Source: Gammaproteobacteria bacterium
Lineage (GTDB): Bacteria; Pseudomonadota; Gammaproteobacteria; SURF-13
Length of the DNA: 64,000 nucleotides
Reading direction: 5' to 3'
Assembly: GCA_016195665.1 (NCBI GenBank)
Contig: JACPZD010000024.1
Span: forward strand, 23,997-87,996
Below are positions 59,323 through 64,000 of this stretch, piece after piece. Both the position numbers and the translations under genes were made by a program. The notes under the pieces are model-generated. The model did no database searches, had not been told where the DNA came from, and saw only the letters and a program-made list of their open reading frames with translations. The number at the start of each line of letters is the position of its first letter. The stretch's first letter is position 1.

Positions 59323-60300
59323 ATGCTAAAGCTGCTCCGCAACAATCTGCGCGCGTTGAGTTTGGCGATACTGGTGCATGTCGCCCTGATCGTCATGCTG
59401 GTCATCAGTCTGGACTGGAAGCTGACGCCGCAGCCGGCCGGAGAACAGAAAGTGATACAGGCCACCGTGGTGGACGAGGCCAAGGTGCAGGCCGAGATGG
59501 AGAAGCTCACGCAACAGGATGTTCAGAAAAAACAGCAGGAACAGGAGCGCCAGAAACGGTTGGAGGAACAGGCGGAACAGGCTAAAAAGGCCCGCGAGGA
59601 CGAGCACGCGCGTTTGGAGGAATTAAAACGGCAACAGCAGACCGAGGCCACGCGGCTGGAGCAACTCAAACAGGAACAGCAGGCCGCCGAGCAGCAGCGT
59701 CAGGAGCAGGCGCGCCTGCACGCCGAGCAGCAAAAGGCCGAGGCCGAGCGGCTGGAAAAAATCAAACAGGAACAACTTACCGCCGAGCAAAGGCGTAAGG
59801 AGGAAGAACAGCGCGCCGAAGCACTGAAGAAAAAACTCGCGGAAGAGGAAAAGCAGCGCAAGGAGACGGAACAGCAGCGCTTGGCGGAGGCGGAGACCAA
59901 ACGTAAAATTGACGAGCAGAAACGTCAAAAGGCCGAGCAGGAGGCGCAACGGCGCCGCGAGGCCGAAGAGCAATTGAAACAGCAGCTTGCGGCGGAGCAG
60001 GCCGCCGGCGCCGAACAGAATCAGCAGTTGATCGCGCAATATGTGGCGCGCATTCAGCGCGAGGTCACCCAGAACTGGTTGCGGCCGCCCACGGCGCGGC
60101 TGGGCATGTCGTGCACGGTGATGGTGAATCTCGCCCCCAGCGGTGAGGTGCTCAACGCCCGGGTGGTGACGAGCAGCGGCGACACGGCCTTCGACCGCTC
60201 GGTGGAGGCGGCGGTGTACAAGGCCTCGCCCTTGCCGCTGCCGCCGGACCCGGCGCTGTTCGACTATTTCCGGGAATTGAATTTCATCTTTAAACCTTGA
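59323..60300 (+). CDS. tolA: Tol-Pal system protein TolA
   Basis: N-terminal TM, long E/Q/K/A-rich helical domain II, C-terminal domain III. Confidence 0.85.
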   Translation: MLKLLRNNLRALSLAILVHVALIVMLVISLDWKLTPQPAGEQKVIQATVVDEAKVQAEMEKLTQQDVQKKQQEQERQKRLEEQAEQAKKAREDEHARLEELKRQQQTEATRLEQLKQEQQAAEQQRQEQARLHAEQQKAEAERLEKIKQEQLTAEQRRKEEEQRAEALKKKLAEEEKQRKETEQQRLAEAETKRKIDEQKRQKAEQEAQRRREAEEQLKQQLAAEQAAGAEQNQQLIAQYVARIQREVTQNWLRPPTARLGMSCTVMVNLAPSGEVLNARVVTSSGDTAFDRSVEAAVYKASPLPLPPDPALFDYFRELNFIFKP

Positions 60301-60476
60301 GGGACCAAGCCATGAGGACATTATTGCGTTTAATTAATTCATACTCCGCAGCATGCTGCGGAAACAACGCAATGGGGTATCCAAAGGGGAGAGACGCAGT
60401 TCTCCCCTTTGGTCGCAAGCGCGGATTTACTCCGCGCGCAGCGAAATCAAACAGGAAAATACCCCACGGTTTTACC

Positions 60477-61775
60477 GTGGGGTATTTGATTTTGACCGGC
60501 CTGTTGGCCGGCCTGGCGGCGGGCGTCCAGGCGGCGCCGCTCAGCATTGAGATCACTCGCGGCGTAGAGGGTGCATTGCCCGTCGCCATCGTGCCCTTCG
60601 ATGAGGGCGGGCGCGCCGCACCTGAAGACGTCGCGCAGATCATCGCCGACGATCTCGCGCGCAGCGGCCGGTTTTCGCCATTGCCGCGCCAGGACATGAT
60701 CGCGCAGCCGCACCAGGCCGCGCAGATCAATTTCGCCGACTGGCGCGTGCTGGGCATGGAGGGCCTGGTGATCGGCCAGGTGCGCACCGCCGGCGCGGAT
60801 CGCTACAGCGTTCAATTCCAGCTCTTTAATGTATTCAAGGGCGACCGCCTGGTGGGCTATAACATCAGCACCACCAGCCGGGAACTGCGCCGCACCGCGC
60901 ATCAAATCAGCGACATTATCTATGAAAAACTGACCGGCCAGCCCGGCGCTTTCGATACCCGCATCGCCTACGTGACGACCTCGGGGCCCGCCAGTTTTTC
61001 CCTGCAAGTGGCCGACTCCGACGGCTACAACCCGCAGACTATCCTGACCTCGAAGCAGCCCATCCTGTCGCCGGCCTGGTCGCCCGACGGTACCCGGCTC
61101 GCCTATCTCTCGTTCGAGAATCGCCGCCCGCAGATCTTTATCCAGGAGCTCGCCTCCGGTTCACGTGAACGGATTGCCTCGTATCCGGGCCTGAACGGCG
61201 CACCGGCCTGGTCGCCGGATGGACGGCGGCTGGCGCTCACGCTTTCCAAGGACGGGAATCCCGAGATTTATGTGCTAAACTTGGCCAGCAAAGCCCTGCA
61301 ACGCCTCACCGACAACAGTGCGATCGATACCGAACCGGCTTGGTCGCCGGATGGTAATACCATCCTGTTTACTTCCGACCGGGGCGGAAAACCGCAGCTT
61401 TATAAAATGTCCGCTGGCGGCGGCGAGGCGCAGCGCGTCACCTTCAATGGTGACTACAATGCCCGCGGGGTGTTTTCACCCGACGGCGCCATGCTGGCGA
61501 TGGTGCACAGAGAAGGCGGTAATTACCGCATCGCGGTGCAGGACTTGAGCAGCGGCGAAGTGAAGGTGTTGAGCGAGCGTTCTCTCGATGAATCGCCGAG
61601 CTTCGCACCCAACGGCAGCATGGTGCTCTACGCGACCGGAGATCAAGGCGTGCTGGCGGCGGTCTCCGTGGACGGGCGGGTGCGGCAACGGCTGGCCCTG
61701 CAGGAAGGCAATGTGCGCGAGGCGGTGTGGTCGCCGTTCGGCCGTAAAACCGATTTTGAATCTCTTCAACCTTGA
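60477..61775 (+). CDS. tolB: Tol-Pal system beta-propeller protein TolB
   Basis: Signal peptide then ...[21 protein letters not shown]... and repeated AWSPDG propeller blades. Start uncertain (a GTG near 60477; the track ORF opens at 60297). Confidence 0.85.
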   Translation: MGYLILTGLLAGLAAGVQAAPLSIEITRGVEGALPVAIVPFDEGGRAAPEDVAQIIADDLARSGRFSPLPRQDMIAQPHQAAQINFADWRVLGMEGLVIGQVRTAGADRYSVQFQLFNVFKGDRLVGYNISTTSRELRRTAHQISDIIYEKLTGQPGAFDTRIAYVTTSGPASFSLQVADSDGYNPQTILTSKQPILSPAWSPDGTRLAYLSFENRRPQIFIQELASGSRERIASYPGLNGAPAWSPDGRRLALTLSKDGNPEIYVLNLASKALQRLTDNSAIDTEPAWSPDGNTILFTSDRGGKPQLYKMSAGGGEAQRVTFNGDYNARGVFSPDGAMLAMVHREGGNYRIAVQDLSSGEVKVLSERSLDESPSFAPNGSMVLYATGDQGVLAAVSVDGRVRQRLALQEGNVREAVWSPFGRKTDFESLQP

Positions 61776-61821
61776 ACAGCGTGTTGCTACACAACTAAAT
61801 TGAAAACATTAAGGAGCGATT

Positions 61822-62349
61822 ATGAAGTTATTAAGCAAAGGGTTACTAATTATTTTATCTGCAATCGTATTGTGGGGCTGTCAGACGACTGCTACCCCGG
61901 AAGGCGGCGCCAAGGTTGAAGACCGCAGCAGCGGCGCAGGCGGCGCCACGGCCGGGGCGGCGACCGAAGGCGGAACCTTCAGCGGCGACCCGCTCGATGA
62001 TCCGTCCAGCCCGTTGTCGCAGCGCATCGTCTACTTCGATCTTGACAGCAGCGATGTCAAAGCCGAGGATCGCGCCACCGTTACGGCGCATGGCAAGTAT
62101 CTGGCCGGCAACGCCAATGCCTCGGTGACCCTGGAAGGACACGCGGATGAACGCGGCTCGCGCGAATACAATCTCGCATTGGGCGAGCGCCGCACCAACG
62201 CCGTGCGTCAGTTGTTGTTGGCCGAGGGGGCCGCTGCGCAGCAGATCCAGACCGTCAGCTACGGCGAGGAAAAGCCTGCCGATCCCGCGCATAATGAAGA
62301 AGCCTGGTCGCTCAACCGGCGCGTGGAATTTGTCTACAACCGTAAATAA
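61822..62349 (+). CDS. pal: peptidoglycan-associated lipoprotein
   Basis: Lipobox LWG/C; OmpA-like C-domain (VTLEGHADERGSREYNLALGERRTNAV). Confidence 0.9.
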   Translation: MKLLSKGLLIILSAIVLWGCQTTATPEGGAKVEDRSSGAGGATAGAATEGGTFSGDPLDDPSSPLSQRIVYFDLDSSDVKAEDRATVTAHGKYLAGNANASVTLEGHADERGSREYNLALGERRTNAVRQLLLAEGAAAQQIQTVSYGEEKPADPAHNEEAWSLNRRVEFVYNRK

Positions 62350-62489
62350 TAGCAATGGCATTTACGGCACTGCGAGCAACACCCCCGCTATTGGCGGGGC
62401 GGTTGCTAAGAAGTTCATTAGTAAGGCGACACTCTCCTATACGTTCACTCCCCCTGTCTAGGGGGAGAGACAGGGTGGGGGTAAGTAAA

Positions 62490-63341
62490 ATGGGATTTTT
62501 ACTAGGAAGAAACATAGTAAGCGATATCCGCTTACTTTGTTTCTTCCTAGTGTTATTGAGCTTGGGCGCGGCCGCCTGGAGCGCGCCGCGCGATGAAGAA
62601 CTGACGCTCGATGAGCGTGTCGCCCGCCTCGAACAGCAGGCGCGCAATCAAAGCCTGGCAGAGTTGTTTTCCCGGCTGGACAGTCTGCAACGTGAAGTGC
62701 AGCGCATGCGGGGCAAGATCGAGGAACAAGGTCACCAGATCGAGCAATTTCAGCGCGGCCAGAAAGAAACTCAGCAGGCGCTGGAGCGGCGCATCGAAGC
62801 ACTCGAACAGCGCAGCAGTGCGCCAACGCCGCCGCCCGTTGGCGCTGGCATCCCTCCGGTTGCTCCGTCCGCAACAGGCGCCCCGCCGGCATCAACGGTA
62901 CCAGCCCCAGACAACGCCGAGAACCCGGAACTACAACCTGCGGCGACTGACGCCGGCAACGAGGCGGCCGCCTATCAGCAGGCCTTTGACCTGCTCAAGA
63001 AGGGCAGCTACGAAAAGGCGATTGCGGCCTTCCTTGATTTCCTGAAACGCTATCCAAACGGCGCCAACGCCGGCAACGCACAGTATTGGCTGGGCGAGAC
63101 CTACTACGTCACCCGTAAATTCAAGGAGGCCCAGCAGGCCTTCCAAACCTTGCTCGACCGTTACCCAAACAGCCCCAAACAGCCCGACGCCAGCCTCAAG
63201 ATCGGCTTTGTCCATTATGAACAGGGCGAGTGGGCCAAGGCCCGCAAGACCTTGGGCGAAGTCGCCAGCCGCTATCCCGGCACCGCCGCCGCCAAGCTCG
63301 CACAGGCGCGCCTCGACAAAATGCAGAAAGAAGGGCGTTAA
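62490..63341 (+). CDS. cpoB: cell division coordinator CpoB (YbgF), TPR-containing
   Basis: Start at MGFLLGRNIV...; coiled-coil N-domain and C-terminal TPRs (NAQYWLGETYY); last gene of the tol-pal cluster. Confidence 0.85.
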   Translation: MGFLLGRNIVSDIRLLCFFLVLLSLGAAAWSAPRDEELTLDERVARLEQQARNQSLAELFSRLDSLQREVQRMRGKIEEQGHQIEQFQRGQKETQQALERRIEALEQRSSAPTPPPVGAGIPPVAPSATGAPPASTVPAPDNAENPELQPAATDAGNEAAAYQQAFDLLKKGSYEKAIAAFLDFLKRYPNGANAGNAQYWLGETYYVTRKFKEAQQAFQTLLDRYPNSPKQPDASLKIGFVHYEQGEWAKARKTLGEVASRYPGTAAAKLAQARLDKMQKEGR

Positions 63342-63346
63342 CGGCT

Positions 63347-63415
63347 GTGAGGAGTTAGGAGTGAGGGGTGAGGCGTGAGGCGTAAAGTGCTGTTGCTCCT
63401 CACGCCTTACGCCCC
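63347..63415. repeat. hairpin repeat family C, copy 3
   Basis: TGTGAGGAGTTAGGAGTGAGGGGTGAGGCGTGAGGCG...CTCCTCACGCCTTACGCC. Confidence 0.65.
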
Positions 63416-63444
63416 ACCCCCTAACACCTGTAGTAGAATATCCC

Positions 63445-64000
63445 ATGCCGTCACAAGTACTTCCGGATGTTCTAGCCGAAAATCCCGTCGCGCAACAACG
63501 CCTGCGCGTCACCGAAATCTTTTATTCCCTGCAAGGCGAGACACGCACGGTGGGGTTGCCGACGGTGTTCGTGCGCCTCACCGGCTGTCCGTTACGCTGC
63601 GGCTACTGTGACACCGCTTATGCCTTTCACGGCGGGGAATGGCGCGGTATCGCCGACATCCTCAAGGAAGTGGCAAGGTATCAACCGCATTATGTCACGG
63701 TCACGGGCGGTGAGCCGTTGGCTCAGAAGGTGTGCCTGACCCTGCTCAGCCGGTTATGCGACGCGCACTACGAGGTCTCGCTGGAGACCAGCGGCGCATT
63801 GGATATTTCCCAGGTAGACCCCCGCGTTATCAAGGTGGTGGACCTGAAGACGCCCGGCTCCGGCGAAGCGGACAAAAATCTCTACAGTAATCTCGCCCGT
63901 CTCTCACCCCGCGATCAGATCAAGTTTGTGCTGTGCGACCGCGCCGATTACCAATGGGCAAAAGACATCCTGAGCGAATACGATCTGACCTCGCGCTGCG
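63445..64000 (+). CDS. queE: 7-carboxy-7-deazaguanine synthase (radical SAM); C-terminus beyond the window
   Basis: ...FVRLTGCPLRCGYCDT... radical-SAM C..C...C variant typical of QueE. Confidence 0.85.
   Translation, partial: MPSQVLPDVLAENPVAQQRLRVTEIFYSLQGETRTVGLPTVFVRLTGCPLRCGYCDTAYAFHGGEWRGIADILKEVARYQPHYVTVTGGEPLAQKVCLTLLSRLCDAHYEVSLETSGALDISQVDPRVIKVVDLKTPGSGEADKNLYSNLARLSPRDQIKFVLCDRADYQWAKDILSEYDLTSRC

Noticed and set aside
59500-60060. Low-complexity E/Q/K/A-rich repeats suggesting a repeat expansion or foreign insert
   Set aside because: This is the normal helical domain II of TolA, within an intact tol-pal cluster.
8658-63415. Possible CRISPR array, given many short palindromic repeats
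   Set aside because: Repeats belong to several unrelated families, are not regularly spaced, lack unique spacers of uniform length, and are scattered over 55 kb with no cas genes nearby. They are REP/MITE-type elements.

Overview
GC-rich (about 63 percent) proteobacterial chromosomal window, gene-dense, with mostly core genes. In order: thyA-lgt; a 494-aa hypothetical protein; rlmI; an ArnC/ArnT-like membrane glycosylation cluster (two GT39/GT83 transferases, a GT2 polyprenol-phosphate sugar synthase, a UPF0104 flippase-like protein, two PAP2 phosphatases) ending in a deletion-fused remnant of a PmrAB/BasRS-type two-component system; a yyaL-like thioredoxin-domain protein; a PfkB kinase; dgkA divergent from a PlcP/LpxH-like metallophosphoesterase plus GT4 pair; the glycine cleavage genes gcvT-gcvH-gcvPA, then tpx, a small DUF2892 gene and gcvPB, behind a tandem glycine riboswitch; Fur-box-preceded fbpAB; cytochrome c551-like; uvrD; a PhyH dioxygenase; tRNA-Phe; an SDR; a frameshifted HD-GYP gene; cysQ-nudE; a secreted S8 subtilase with duplicated C-terminal domains; a Yip1 membrane protein; a complete type II secretion operon gspCDEFGHIJKLMN; a low-GC islet carrying a truncated haemoglobin and an HxlR regulator; an ECF sigma / anti-sigma pair followed by a lipoprotein truncated haemoglobin; yebC-ruvC-ruvA-ruvB; ybgC-tolQRAB-pal-cpoB; and the start of queE. 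The most distinctive property is a dense population of at least six families of intergenic hairpin and MITE-like repeats. Several copies overlap gene ends and supply stop codons, C-terminal codons, or a ribosome-binding site plus GTG start. Candidate disruptions: gspG leader, HD-GYP, ruvB 5' end, the two-component system. All coordinates were read by eye from the text and may be off by a few nt.
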